Notes under the pieces: generated by a model
The model's database searches: none
What the model was told of the DNA's origin: nothing
Seen by the model: only the letters and a program-made list of their open reading frames with translations
Position numbers and translations under genes: made by a program
Source: Vicinamibacteria bacterium
GTDB taxonomy: Bacteria; Acidobacteriota; Vicinamibacteria; Marinacidobacterales; Marinacidobacteraceae
Length of the DNA stretch: 64,000 bases
Assembly (NCBI GenBank): GCA_963422395.1
Contig: OY729431.1
Coordinates: 1,728,001-1,792,000, forward strand
Direction: 5' to 3'
Part shown: positions 1 to 10,100 of the stretch, piece after piece
Layout of the letters: the number at the start of each line of letters is the position of its first letter
How positions within the stretch are numbered: the first letter of the stretch is position 1

Positions 1-78
1 CGGATACCCGGTCAGCGCCTCGATCCGCTGGACGATCGACTCGATGTCCGCTTCGAAATCGAGGAATTCTCGTTGCAC
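1..78 (-). CDS. accA: Acetyl-CoA carboxylase carboxyltransferase alpha subunit, 5' end (runs off window)
   Basis: Minus strand from GTG at 78 reads (M)QREFLDFEADIESIVQRIEALTGYP, resembling the AccA N-terminal LDFE motif; the dnaE-accA gene order is conserved. Confidence 0.6.
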   Translation of the reverse strand, partial: MQREFLDFEADIESIVQRIEALTGYP

Positions 79-157
79 GGACAGAAGTGTAACGAGACGG
101 CGGAAGCGTTAGGCAATTCCTGTGCCACTGACAGCGAAGAGGTTCCGCGGCAGCGAG

Positions 158-3100
158 TTACCGCCCCGACGACGACCGGAGTTCCAGGGCATCCCGCGCG
201 TAGGGCGTCAGAGGAACGCCGTCGAGCAGGACCGATCGCGGACCGAGCAGCCGTGCCGCTTCGAGCACGAGCTCGTCGGTGGCCCCGACCGTGATCGCGG
301 TTTCCAACACCGTTTCGCCCTGCGGGTGCCGAATGCGCAGGCGAAGGGGAACTTTTCCGGGATGCCGTTCGAGAAGCGCGTGGAGAGCCGCCTCCATTCT
401 CTCGGGCTCGGTCACCAGGAGCTCCACCCGCCTCGCCGCCGTGAAGAGAGCGTCCGCCGCCAGCTGCACCCGGGAGGCGACGATCTCGGCCTGCCCCGCT
501 CTCCGGCCCCCGGTTTCCGGCTCCCGACCGCTATCCGCCTTGAACTGGCCGCTGACGAACACCGCGGGCTCGTCCTCGATCGGCGGACAGTGCTCCCAGG
601 TGTCCGGGAAGACGACGACGCCGATCGCTCCGGTCTCGTCCTCGACGGCGAAGTTGGCCATGGCGCGGCCGTCTCGGGTTTTTCGTTTGCGGACATTCCG
701 GACGAGCCCGACCACGGTGACTCCCCCACTCTCGGTCGAGGATTGCACATCCTGAACCGCGCCGGTCACGAGCGCTCCCGCTGCCTTGCGCAACGAGGTC
801 GCCGGATGTCCGCGCCAATAGAACCCGAGCGCTTTGCGTTCGCGGTGCAGACGTTCGGCGTCCGCCCAGTCGGGCACCTCCGGGAAGCGGTCCCGGGGGA
901 TTTCGCACCTGCCCCCGAAGAGAGACAGGGCCCCTCCCTCCCGGCGGCTGCGGGCCCGGTTCGCGGCTTCGAGCGCCCGGGGGATCGATTCGAAGATCCG
1001 GGCGCGGGATATCTTCAGAAAATCGAAGGCTCCGGCACATACCAGCGCTTCGACCACCCCGCGGTTGAGGGATCCGGGTTCGACCTCTTCGGCGAAGTGG
1101 GAGAGGGACTCGAAGCGGCCGCAGCCTCGGCGCGCCTCCTCGATCGCCCGGGCAGCACGGCTTCCGACCTGCTTGACCACAGCGAGCCCGTAGCGGATGC
1201 CCTCCCCCTCGACGGCGGCCTCGGCGCGGCTCTTCTGCACATCCGGCGGATAGATGGGAACCCCCTGCGCTTCGGCCGCAGCGCGGATGCGGGCGATCCG
1301 GTCGTCCCGGTCGCCCGCGCGCTGCTGCGCAGTGAGCAGCGAAGCGAGGAAGTGCCGCGGGAAGTGGGTTTTCAGCCAGCCTGCCACATAGGCGATCAGC
1401 GCATAGCCCACGGCGTGGGAGCGGTTGAAGCCGTACCCCGCGAACTTGGCGATCTGCTGGAAGGTCTCCTGCGCCAGCTTCCGGCGGAGCCCATTCGCCA
1501 CCGCGCCTTCGACGAAGCGCCCCTCCTCGCTGCGCATGGCTTCGGGGTCCTTCTTCCCCATCGCCTTTCTGAGGATGTCGGCCTTTCCGAGCGTATAGCC
1601 GGCGAGCTTCTGCGCCGCGAGCATCACCTGCTCCTGATACACGATCAGGCCCCGCGTTTCCGGAAAGAGCTCGCGCACCTCACGGTCGAGTTTCTTCGAG
1701 AACCCGTCTTTCCGCTTCGCCCGAAGGAAGTCCTCGGTCATCCCGCTTTCGAGCGGGCCCGGCCGGAAGAGCGCGTTGAGCGCCGCCAGGTCGTCCAGGT
1801 TCTCCGGATGGTACCCGGAGAGCAGGTCGCGCATTCCGTCGCTTTCGAACTGGAAGATCCCATCGGTATCGGCCCGGGAGAACAGCTCGAAAACGGCCGG
1901 GTCGGGGGGCACCTTCTCGAACCGGCCCCTGCGGATCAGAGCGAGCGCCTCCTGCTGCCCGGCGGTCCTGACGAGGTCGGGGTCCTCTTCGATCCGCTGG
2001 GCGCAGTCCTCGATGTGGGTCAGCGCCCGCAGGCCGAGGAAGTCCATCTTGAAGAGCCCGACGGCCTCGCAGTCCTTCATGTCGTACTGCGTCCGCCGAC
2101 GCTGCGCTCCCGCTCCGCCGTTCTCCGACGCGCCGTTTCTGCCTGCGCCGGCGGCGCCGCGCCCCTCCACATCCCGTTCGAGCGGCAGGATTTCTTCGAG
2201 GGGCTGGGGCGCGATCACGACTCCGGCGGCGTGGGTGCCGATAGAGCGCGGCAGGCCCTCGAGCCGCGCCGCGATCTCGAATAGCCGGCCCAGCTCCGGA
2301 TCCCGCCGAGCCTCCCTGAGCCTCGGCGCCTGGGTGAGCGCCTCCTCGAGGCTCGCCCCCTCGGGAATCGTCTTGGCGAGCTGATCCACCCGCGCCGCCG
2401 GCAGTTCGAGCATTCGCCCCACATCCCGGATCGCCATCTTCGCCTGCATCGTCGAGAGGGTCATGATCTGGGCCACCCGGTCGCTGCCGTAGCGCTCGGC
2501 CACATAGTCCAGCACTTCCTCGCGGCGAACCTCGCAGAAATCCACATCGATGTCCGGCGGACTCACCCGGTCGCGATTCAGGAAGCGCTCGAACAGCAGT
2601 CCGTGAGGGAGCGGATCGATGTCGGTGATCCCGAGCGCGTAGGCGACGAGGCTGCCCGCGGCCGAACCCCGGCCCGGACCCACCGGGATCCGCCGATCGC
2701 GGGAGAAGCGCACGAAATCCTGCACGATCAGGAAATAGGCCGAATATCCCGTCTTGCGGATCACCTCCAGCTCCATCTGGAGCCGCGCCTCGTAATCGGC
2801 GGCCGGTGGACGCTGGCCGTGCACTTCAGGAGAGCGAAGCCGCTCGACGAGGCCGCTCCGGGCGCTCTCCTCGAAATGGACGTCGAGCGTCTTCCCCTCG
2901 GGCGCCTGGAAATCCGGCAGAAGGTTTCTCCCCTCGACGAGATCCCAGGACTCGACCGCTTCGGCGATCTCCACCGTGTTCCGATATGCCTCCGAGCAGC
3001 CCTCGAAGAGGGCCTCCATCTGCTCCGAGGTCTTGAAGAAGAACTGATCCGAATCGAACTTCAGCCGCCGGGTTTCCGAGACCTTTTCGTTGACGCTGAT

Positions 3101-3805
3101 GCAAAGGCGCAGATCGTGGGCGGAGACATCCCCAGGGGCGGCGTAATGCGAATCGTTCGTCCCCACCAGCGGGATACCGGTCTTCCGCGAGACCTCGACC
3201 AGTCCTTCCCGAATCTGCCGTTCGAGCTCCGTCAGGCGCGCCGCCTTCTCGCCGCTCCCGTTCGCCGGGGTGTGGTCCATGAGCTCCAGGTAGTAGTTGC
3301 CCTTGCCGAAGACCTCCTGGTACCGCCCCGCAGCCTCGACCGGATCCCCGCCGGAGACGATCTCTCGCGGCACGATGCCCTTGGGGCAGGCGGAGAGGGC
3401 GATGAGCCCCTCGTGATGCGCTTCGAGCAGCTCGAAATCCATCCGCGGCTTGTAGTAATACCCCTCGTGGTGAGCGATCGAACTGAGCCGCATGAGGTTT
3501 CGGTATCCGGTCCGGTTCTTCGCCAGCAGCACCAGATGTTGGTTGTCGGCGTCCCGATTGCGGTCGCGGCGGCTCTTCGGCGCCACATACGCCTCACATC
3601 CGAGGATGGGCTTCACCCCGGCGTTCTGCGCCGCGCGGTGGAACTTGATCGCGCCGAAGAGATTGCCGTGGTCGGTGATCGCCACCGCCGGCATCCCGTC
3701 GCGGGCAGCGATCTCGGTGATCTCCCCGAGACGGCTCATGCCGTCGAGCAGCGAATACTCGGTATGGGTGTGGAGGTGGACGAAAGGACGCCGGGCGCCG
3801 CTCAC
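158..3805 (-). CDS. dnaE: DNA polymerase III alpha subunit
   Basis: PHP domain FVHLHTHTEYSLLDG, GPGRGSAAGS, PDIDVDF catalytic motif, FAGYGFNRSHA, C-terminal OB fold. Confidence 0.97.
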   Translation of the reverse strand: MSGARRPFVHLHTHTEYSLLDGMSRLGEITEIAARDGMPAVAITDHGNLFGAIKFHRAAQNAGVKPILGCEAYVAPKSRRDRNRDADNQHLVLLAKNRTGYRNLMRLSSIAHHEGYYYKPRMDFELLEAHHEGLIALSACPKGIVPREIVSGGDPVEAAGRYQEVFGKGNYYLELMDHTPANGSGEKAARLTELERQIREGLVEVSRKTGIPLVGTNDSHYAAPGDVSAHDLRLCISVNEKVSETRRLKFDSDQFFFKTSEQMEALFEGCSEAYRNTVEIAEAVESWDLVEGRNLLPDFQAPEGKTLDVHFEESARSGLVERLRSPEVHGQRPPAADYEARLQMELEVIRKTGYSAYFLIVQDFVRFSRDRRIPVGPGRGSAAGSLVAYALGITDIDPLPHGLLFERFLNRDRVSPPDIDVDFCEVRREEVLDYVAERYGSDRVAQIMTLSTMQAKMAIRDVGRMLELPAARVDQLAKTIPEGASLEEALTQAPRLREARRDPELGRLFEIAARLEGLPRSIGTHAAGVVIAPQPLEEILPLERDVEGRGAAGAGRNGASENGGAGAQRRRTQYDMKDCEAVGLFKMDFLGLRALTHIEDCAQRIEEDPDLVRTAGQQEALALIRRGRFEKVPPDPAVFELFSRADTDGIFQFESDGMRDLLSGYHPENLDDLAALNALFRPGPLESGMTEDFLRAKRKDGFSKKLDREVRELFPETRGLIVYQEQVMLAAQKLAGYTLGKADILRKAMGKKDPEAMRSEEGRFVEGAVANGLRRKLAQETFQQIAKFAGYGFNRSHAVGYALIAYVAGWLKTHFPRHFLASLLTAQQRAGDRDDRIARIRAAAEAQGVPIYPPDVQKSRAEAAVEGEGIRYGLAVVKQVGSRAARAIEEARRGCGRFESLSHFAEEVEPGSLNRGVVEALVCAGAFDFLKISRARIFESIPRALEAANRARSRREGGALSLFGGRCEIPRDRFPEVPDWADAERLHRERKALGFYWRGHPATSLRKAAGALVTGAVQDVQSSTESGGVTVVGLVRNVRKRKTRDGRAMANFAVEDETGAIGVVVFPDTWEHCPPIEDEPAVFVSGQFKADSGREPETGGRRAGQAEIVASRVQLAADALFTAARRVELLVTEPERMEAALHALLERHPGKVPLRLRIRHPQGETVLETAITVGATDELVLEAARLLGPRSVLLDGVPLTPYARDALELRSSSGR

Positions 3806-3812
3806 CCGTGGT

Positions 3813-5366
3813 TCACTCCCATTCGATAGTGCCCGGAGGCTTCGGGGTGATGTCGAGGACCACGCGGTTCACCCCGCGCACCTCGCCGGTGATGCGGTCC
3901 GAGATCCGGGCGAGCAGCTCGGTCGGCAGCGGCGCCCAGTCCGCGGTCATCCCGTCCCGGCTCGAAACGAGCCGCAGGGCGACGACCCGCTCGTAGGTCC
4001 GTCGGTCTCCCATCACTCCGACGGTCCGAAGCGGCAGCAGGACACAGAACGCCTGCCACAGACGGTCGTACCACCCACCGGCGCGGATTTCCTCTTCGAG
4101 GATAGCGTCCGCCTCGCGCAGCAGCGAGAGCCCCGCCGGCTCGACCGGCCCGAGAATCCGCACCGCGAATCCGGGGCCCGGGAACGGATGGCGGCCCACC
4201 AACGCCTCGGGGACACCGAGCTCCCGCCCCAGCGCGCGAACCTCGTCCTTGAACAGCTCGCGGAGCGGTTCGATCAGCCGGAGCCGCATCCGCTTCGGCA
4301 GGCCGCCCACATTGTGGTGGCTCTTGATGACGGCGGAAGGGCCCTTCACCGAAACGCTCTCGATGACATCGGGGTAGAGGGTTCCCTGCGCGAGGAATCG
4401 GACTCCCGAGAGTTGGCGGGCGGCTTCCTCGAAGACCCGGATGAACTCCCGCCCGATGACCTTGCGCTTCCGCTCCGGGCTCCGGACCCGCGCGAGGCGG
4501 GCCAGGAACCGTTCCGAGGCGTCCACCACCTCGAGGGGAATCCCGAGCCCTGCCTCGAAAGCGGCTCGCACCGAGCCAGCCTCGCCCTTCCGCAGCAGAC
4601 CGTGGTCCACGAAGATGCAGCGGAGCTGGTCGCCGACCGCTCGGTGCACGAGCGCGGCGGTCACCGTCGAGTCCACTCCGCCCGAGGCGCCGCAGACCAC
4701 CCGGTCCGATCCGACCTCTTCGCGGATCGCCGCCGCGGTGCGTTCGGCATGCGACTTCGGTGACCAGCCGCCCCGGGCGCCGCAAACTCGAAAGGCGAAG
4801 TTCGCGAGGATCGCCTTCCCGTGCTCGGTGTGCGCCACTTCCGGGTGGAACTGGACTCCGTAGAGTCCGCGCTCCGGGTTTTCGAAGGCGGCGATCGGCG
4901 CCGGCGGCGTTCCCGCGGTGCCCCGAAAGCCCTCCGGGAGGGCTTCGACGAGGTCCCCGTGGCTCGCCCAGACACGAAGGCGCCGCGGCACTCCGGCGAA
5001 GAGGCGGCCTTCGCCGGTGTGTTCCAGCTCGGCGGGGCCATAGGAGCGGCGCGGCGCGGGGCGGACATCGCCTCCCGAGTCGCGGGCGAGGAGCTGCATT
5101 CCATAGCAAACTCCGAGCAGCGGCGCCCGCGCGTCGAGGATCCCTTTCGGTGCCGGGGGCGCCTCTTCGCCGTACACGCTCTCGGGGCCGCCGGAAAGGA
5201 TCACCCCCAGCGGGTTCCGCTCGTGGATCCGGGCCGCGGGAGTCGAACAGGGCAGGATTTCGCAATACACGCCCAGTTCTCGGAAACGCCGGGCGATGAG
5301 CTGGGTGTACTGCGATCCGAAGTCGAGGACGAGCAGGAGTTCCGGCGCGGGTCCGGCCGCTGCCAT
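3813..5366 (-). CDS. guaA: GMP synthase (glutamine-hydrolysing)
   Basis: LDFGSQYTQLIARR, GVCYGMQ, GVQFHPEV, SGGVDS, IKSHHNVGGLP, KPPGTIEWE; ATG at 5366 chosen over the upstream TTG. Confidence 0.97.
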   Translation of the reverse strand: MAAAGPAPELLLVLDFGSQYTQLIARRFRELGVYCEILPCSTPAARIHERNPLGVILSGGPESVYGEEAPPAPKGILDARAPLLGVCYGMQLLARDSGGDVRPAPRRSYGPAELEHTGEGRLFAGVPRRLRVWASHGDLVEALPEGFRGTAGTPPAPIAAFENPERGLYGVQFHPEVAHTEHGKAILANFAFRVCGARGGWSPKSHAERTAAAIREEVGSDRVVCGASGGVDSTVTAALVHRAVGDQLRCIFVDHGLLRKGEAGSVRAAFEAGLGIPLEVVDASERFLARLARVRSPERKRKVIGREFIRVFEEAARQLSGVRFLAQGTLYPDVIESVSVKGPSAVIKSHHNVGGLPKRMRLRLIEPLRELFKDEVRALGRELGVPEALVGRHPFPGPGFAVRILGPVEPAGLSLLREADAILEEEIRAGGWYDRLWQAFCVLLPLRTVGVMGDRRTYERVVALRLVSSRDGMTADWAPLPTELLARISDRITGEVRGVNRVVLDITPKPPGTIEWE

Positions 5367-5541
5367 GGTCAACGAAGGGCGCCCGTCTGGCTGCCCGGTC
5401 CCATTCTCGGTACCCGGAACCGACAGCAGGGAGTGGGCCGGGACATCCTCCGAATCCTAACGAGACGAAGGGCCGGCCATCTCCGATAGATCGTCGGCAG
5501 ATCGTCGGGGCGTCAGCTCTCTCGATCGTCAGGCTCGATCG

Positions 5542-7095
5542 TCAGGGCTCTCCGCCACCGCCGATCCGAGGCCCCAGAATGGCCAGCCGCCCGTCCCGCA
5601 ACCCGAGATAGAGCCGTCGCGCCATCCACCCGGCTTCGCCCGGCTCGTCCGCTCTGCGGCGCACCACCCCCGTGACTTCCGCTTCGAGCTCGTGGGGAAG
5701 GCCGATCCTCGCTCCGGTGTTCGCGTCGATCTCGACCAGGATCCCGTCTCGGGTAACGACCAGGAGCGCCCCCGCAACCCGGATCGGCGGCGCTGCGGGC
5801 CTTCCCGGAAGGGCAGCCCGCCAGCGTTCACCGCCGCCTTTTTCGTCATGGCAGTAGAGGGTGTTCGCCTCGGTAGCGGCATAGAGCCGCGAACGGCTCG
5901 CGAGCGGCGGATGGTGAAAACCCTCGGCGAGGCGCCAGCGCCAGCGCCGCCGGCCGGTCTCCAGATCGAGCGCGTGGAGGTCGCCGCCGGCGTCCCCGAA
6001 GATCGCGAGACGCGTTTTCGGCAGCGCCAGAATCGGCCCGCTCACTCGTCCGGTGTCCGAGAAATGCCAGCGGAGCGGGTTGGCCGCCTTCCCGGGCAGG
6101 GGGACGATCGACGCCACCCCGGCGTCTCCGAGCGAGACGAGAAGTCGAGGCACTCCGCGTCCGCCGCCGCCCGCACCCACGGAGAGCGGCAGCGGCACCG
6201 GGACCATCGCCGCCGACTCCCCTCCTGGAAGCGCGTACTCCGGGATCCGAGCGCCGGATGCGAGATCGATCCCCTGGAAACTCCCTCCGGCGACCCAGTA
6301 GAGCGCCCCCCCCGAGACCGCCGCGGGAACCGGGATCGGGAGCGCCGGTCCCGCCTTCCCGGCCGAGCCGGCAGCCGGGCGCGCTGGGAAGCGGCCTTTC
6401 GGCATCCCGTCGGTCAGCCCTCGGAGCGTCACTTCGCCGCGAGGATCGAGGATCACCAGGTGCCCGCCATGTTCTCCGAGGAATGCGGCGCTCCCTCTCG
6501 AGAGGCCCCACCGCGCGCGTTCCGCGTCGGCTGTGTAGGCGACGAGCGTTCCGTCGCCGGTGTGGGCGGCGAACCCCGCCGCACCGAACACCAGGCCGAC
6601 TACCGGACTTCCGGGAGACGGCGCAGGGCTGGCCACCCAGCGGCCGGGCAGGATGCCCCGCGGAGCGGAGGTGAGGTCGGGCGTCGAGCCGCGCTCGGCC
6701 TCGCCGGGGTCTCCAGAATCCTCTTCTCCTTCGCCCCCGCCCTCGGTCGCAGGCGGCTCCCCGCTCTCGGTCGGAGGCTGCTCCTCACCCTCGGGCGGAA
6801 GCGGCTCCCCACCCTCGGTCGGCGGCGGCCCCTCACCCTCGATCGGAGGCTGCTCCTCACCCTCCGTCGGAGGCTGCTCCCCGGGGGGCCGTTCCGGCGG
6901 CTGCCTCCGCCCGAAAGCCGCCAGACCTGCCGCATCTACTGGGGCACCCGGAATGAGCGAAACCGCGAGCACTGCGGCAGGGGCGGCGGCAAGCGAAGGA
7001 AAGAGAGCGAGGAGCCGGCAGAAGGAAGAAATGGGCACCTCGCGCTTCGCGTCTTCGGGTCCGCCGAACCTGCGCCCGCCCCCCGATCTTCGCAT
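5542..7095 (-). CDS. Secreted/membrane PQQ-like beta-propeller protein (BamB-like) with acidic Pro-rich repeat linker
   Basis: Hydrophobic N-terminal segment, repeats such as GDLHALDLETGRRRWRW and LYCHDEKGGGERWR; start codon uncertain. Confidence 0.7.
   Translation of the reverse strand: MRRSGGGRRFGGPEDAKREVPISSFCRLLALFPSLAAAPAAVLAVSLIPGAPVDAAGLAAFGRRQPPERPPGEQPPTEGEEQPPIEGEGPPPTEGGEPLPPEGEEQPPTESGEPPATEGGGEGEEDSGDPGEAERGSTPDLTSAPRGILPGRWVASPAPSPGSPVVGLVFGAAGFAAHTGDGTLVAYTADAERARWGLSRGSAAFLGEHGGHLVILDPRGEVTLRGLTDGMPKGRFPARPAAGSAGKAGPALPIPVPAAVSGGALYWVAGGSFQGIDLASGARIPEYALPGGESAAMVPVPLPLSVGAGGGGRGVPRLLVSLGDAGVASIVPLPGKAANPLRWHFSDTGRVSGPILALPKTRLAIFGDAGGDLHALDLETGRRRWRWRLAEGFHHPPLASRSRLYAATEANTLYCHDEKGGGERWRAALPGRPAAPPIRVAGALLVVTRDGILVEIDANTGARIGLPHELEAEVTGVVRRRADEPGEAGWMARRLYLGLRDGRLAILGPRIGGGGEP
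6735..6882 (-). repeat. Degenerate 24-bp coding tandem repeat (~6 copies, PP(T/I/P)EG(E/G)E(Q/P)-like)
   Basis: Translation PPTEGEEQ-PPIEGEGP-PPTEGGEP-LPPEGEEQ-PPTESGEP-PATEGGGE; ggaggctgctcctcaccctc recurs on the + strand. Confidence 0.85.
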
Positions 7096-7151
7096 CGGGA
7101 AGATTCGGCGCGCCGACGGGCCGGGTCGGTACTGTAAGCCGCGGAAAGCCC

Positions 7152-10100
7152 ATGAAACCTGCAGCTCGTCGGAAACCGTCGTTCCTGGGCGTCCTGCACC
7201 GGCTCACCGTCTTCGGACTGTTCCTCGCGGCGCTCCTGGAAACCGGGAATCGTCTGGCCCTTTTCCCGGGGCCGGCGATATGGCTTCTGGCTGCCGGCGC
7301 CGCGGCCGCCGGCGCGCTCCCCTTCTCCCGCAGAACCGCCGCGGGCCCGAGCGAACGGCGCATCGCCCTGGCACTCGCCGGCGCCGCGCTGGTCGCGTTC
7401 GGCTGCCGACTCTCCCTCGGCCTCGAGGCCGCGTCCGGGCCGGAATCGGCGGCGCGGGCTGCCGACCGGGTGGACGCCTGGTTCGCGGAAGTCACTCGAC
7501 AGATCGGGGACAGTGCCTATCTGCTCGCCAGGACGCCTCACATCGCCGCGGCGGTCGAGGGATCGGACGCCAGGGACTACCGGGCGCGGGCGTTCGCAGT
7601 GCTTTCCGAATGGCCGCTCGCGACCGGAATCGATCCGGCCGGCGGGATCGGCCGCGCCGGCGCCACGCTCTACGACCGGAACCTGCGCCCGATCGCCTGG
7701 TCAGGCGGAAATCCGGACCTGGAAGGCACACTCGCCGGGTTCTTCCCCGAGGGGGTCCGGGCTGAGGACTGCCCGGACCCCGCGTTCCCCCTGTTTCTCT
7801 ACACCGAACGGGGACGCCGCGGCTATCTGGCTGCCGCCGAGTGCACCCGCAACCTCCTGGGGCTGGTCACCGTCGAACTCCTGCTACTGGAGTCTCCGCC
7901 GCCCTCGTCCGGAGCGCCGGCGGTGTCCGCGCTCGAGACCGCCGCCCGCCGCGGGCTGGAGATCCAATTCCTCCGAGGCACCGAGGACCCGGAAGGCCTC
8001 GCGCAACTGTTCGAGCGGCGCGGCGAGCGGTTCGTCGAGGGTTCTGCCGAGGCCCGGCGCTACTTCTTCGCGCTCGACGCTTACGACGGCCAACTCCTCG
8101 GGGCCGCGAGTACGGCAGTGGCGCCAGCGGCGGCGCGGCGAGCCGAGCAGCGGGCGGAAGCCCGATGGGTCGCAGCGCTCGCGCTGCTGATCGGAGGAGG
8201 CGCCGCCGCTCCGGCGCTGTGGAAGACCGGCTTCGCCGGCGCACTCCTCGCTCTCTGGACCACGCGGTTAGGTTTGGCCGCACTGGCCCAGGCGCTCCCC
8301 GCCGGATTCGCTCCCTCGCTGCTCCTGCCTTCCGGAGCGCCGCGGATCGTTCCCTTTCCCGGCATTTCCCTCCCCGGCCTGCCCCTGCCCGATCTCTACC
8401 TGCTGGACGATTCGCCGCTCGGGGCGATGCTCACCGCGGCGGCGCTCTTCCTCACGGTGCGCCTCTTCCAGCAGTGGCATGGCGGGAAGCGGCGCGGCGG
8501 CCGGCCCGCTTCGATCCTGCGGGGGGCGGTTGCCGGCGCCGCCGCAGTCTGGGGCGCTGCCCTCGTCCGCGCCGCCGGCTCCGGCGCTCTCGTGCTCGCC
8601 CCCACCTGGCGGGTCGGGATCGGTTGGCCCGAGGTGCTCGGCTGGACCGCCCTGCTGCTCGCGCTGAGCGGAGCGGTGCTCCTCGTAGCCACCCTCCTCG
8701 CGCCCCGCGCCCCGGTTGCCTGGCCGGTCGTCCTCTCCGCCTTCGCGGTGGTCCTGGGGGCCGCGCTCTTCACCGAAGACGACTCGCTCGGGTTCGCCGC
8801 CCTCCCGCTGGTGGTGGTCCTGGTGGGGCTTGGGCGCCGCGGACGGCTCGCGCTGCGGCGGCTCCGGCGCCCCCTGCTGCGAGAAGAACCAGGGTTCGCC
8901 TTCGTGATCGCCTTCGCGCTGCTGGCCCTGCCCCCGCTCCTCTGGTACCCGGCGATGCACTGGAGCGAGGAAGCGGCGCTCGACCGCTATGCCGCCGACG
9001 CCGCACCGGTTCAGATCCGGCGCCACCGACTGGCGGTCTGCCATGCGCTCGGCGAGGCGGCCCGTGCGCTCGACACCCAGCCTTCGAATCTGGAACCTCT
9101 CCGGCCCGAGACCGCCTATCGACTCTGGCTTGCGACCGGTCTCGCCCGACTCACCGCAGCGAGCGCGCTCGAAGTGCGCGGACCTGGCGGAGGCGTGTCC
9201 CGCTTCGGCGTCGGCCTGTCCCGGCGGCCGGATCCTCCCCCTTCCGATCTCGCCGGCCTCGACTGGAGCCCGATCCCGGATTGCCAACGGGACGGCCCAT
9301 TCCGCGAGGACACGATCCTTTCCACCCAGCGGCGTTTCGCCTCGGGCTCCCGAGTGACTCTTCGGGCGGCGGTCCGCACTCGGGAGATTCCCTTCCTGCC
9401 GCAGCCGCCCGGCATCGCCGACCACTTCCTGAGCCGCGGCGACGCCGCCCCCGTGGTTTTCCAGGGGCGGGACCTCCGGCTGGCCCGCGGCGCTTCCGGA
9501 GAGCCGGCGCCGGGGCGAATCAGCGCAGAGGTCACGGTGGCCGGCGAACCCTTCCTCGTCTCCTGGCGCGCGACCCGGGCGGCCGACATCGCCGCGCGGC
9601 TGCTGGGCTGGGTGTTCCTCGCGGCGCTCGTCGCGCTCCTCGTCGCGCTCGCAGCGCGGCTCCGGCTGCTGGTTCCGGGACCGGGGGGCCGCGTGCGCCG
9701 CCGCAGCTTCCAGATGCAGCTCACCGAAACGCTGGCGACGGCGGTTCTCGTCGCCATCTTCGGGCTCGTGCTCTTCACCCAGCAGCGTCTCTCCGGTCTG
9801 CTCGAAGCGGCGAGCGACCGCGAAGCGCTCGATCGTTCCCGCGCGGTTCAGCGAGTGGCCGGAGAGCTGGGAGGGCTCGACTTCGCCGCCACCCCGGAAG
9901 AGCTCGCCTCGCGGCTCGCCCACGCCGCGGACCAGCTCGACACCGACGCCGCGCTCTATGCCGGGGGAGGGCTGATCGCGGTGAGCCGTCCCGAGCTGGT
10001 CCAGACCGGCCTCCTGCCTCCGCGGCCGCCGCCCGTTGCGGTGGGAGGGCGGCCGCCGCGGGCCCCGGTGTTCAGCTTCCAGGAAGCGAAGCCGCTCCGC

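Noticed and set aside
2100-2175. Gly/Ala-rich insertion in DnaE as a possible intein
   Set aside because: About 20 aa of low-complexity loop with no intein splice motifs (C/S start, HN end).
122-3829. Long plus-strand ORFs opposite dnaE (and similar antisense or alternate-frame ORFs throughout, e.g. 7841-11194, 25760-28804, 36987-39875)
   Set aside because: Arg/Pro/Gly-rich shadow ORFs expected at very high GC; they overlap well-supported genes and lack motifs.
6735-6882. 24-bp tandem repeats as a CRISPR or regulatory array
   Set aside because: In-frame coding repeats of a Pro/Glu linker with no unique spacers.
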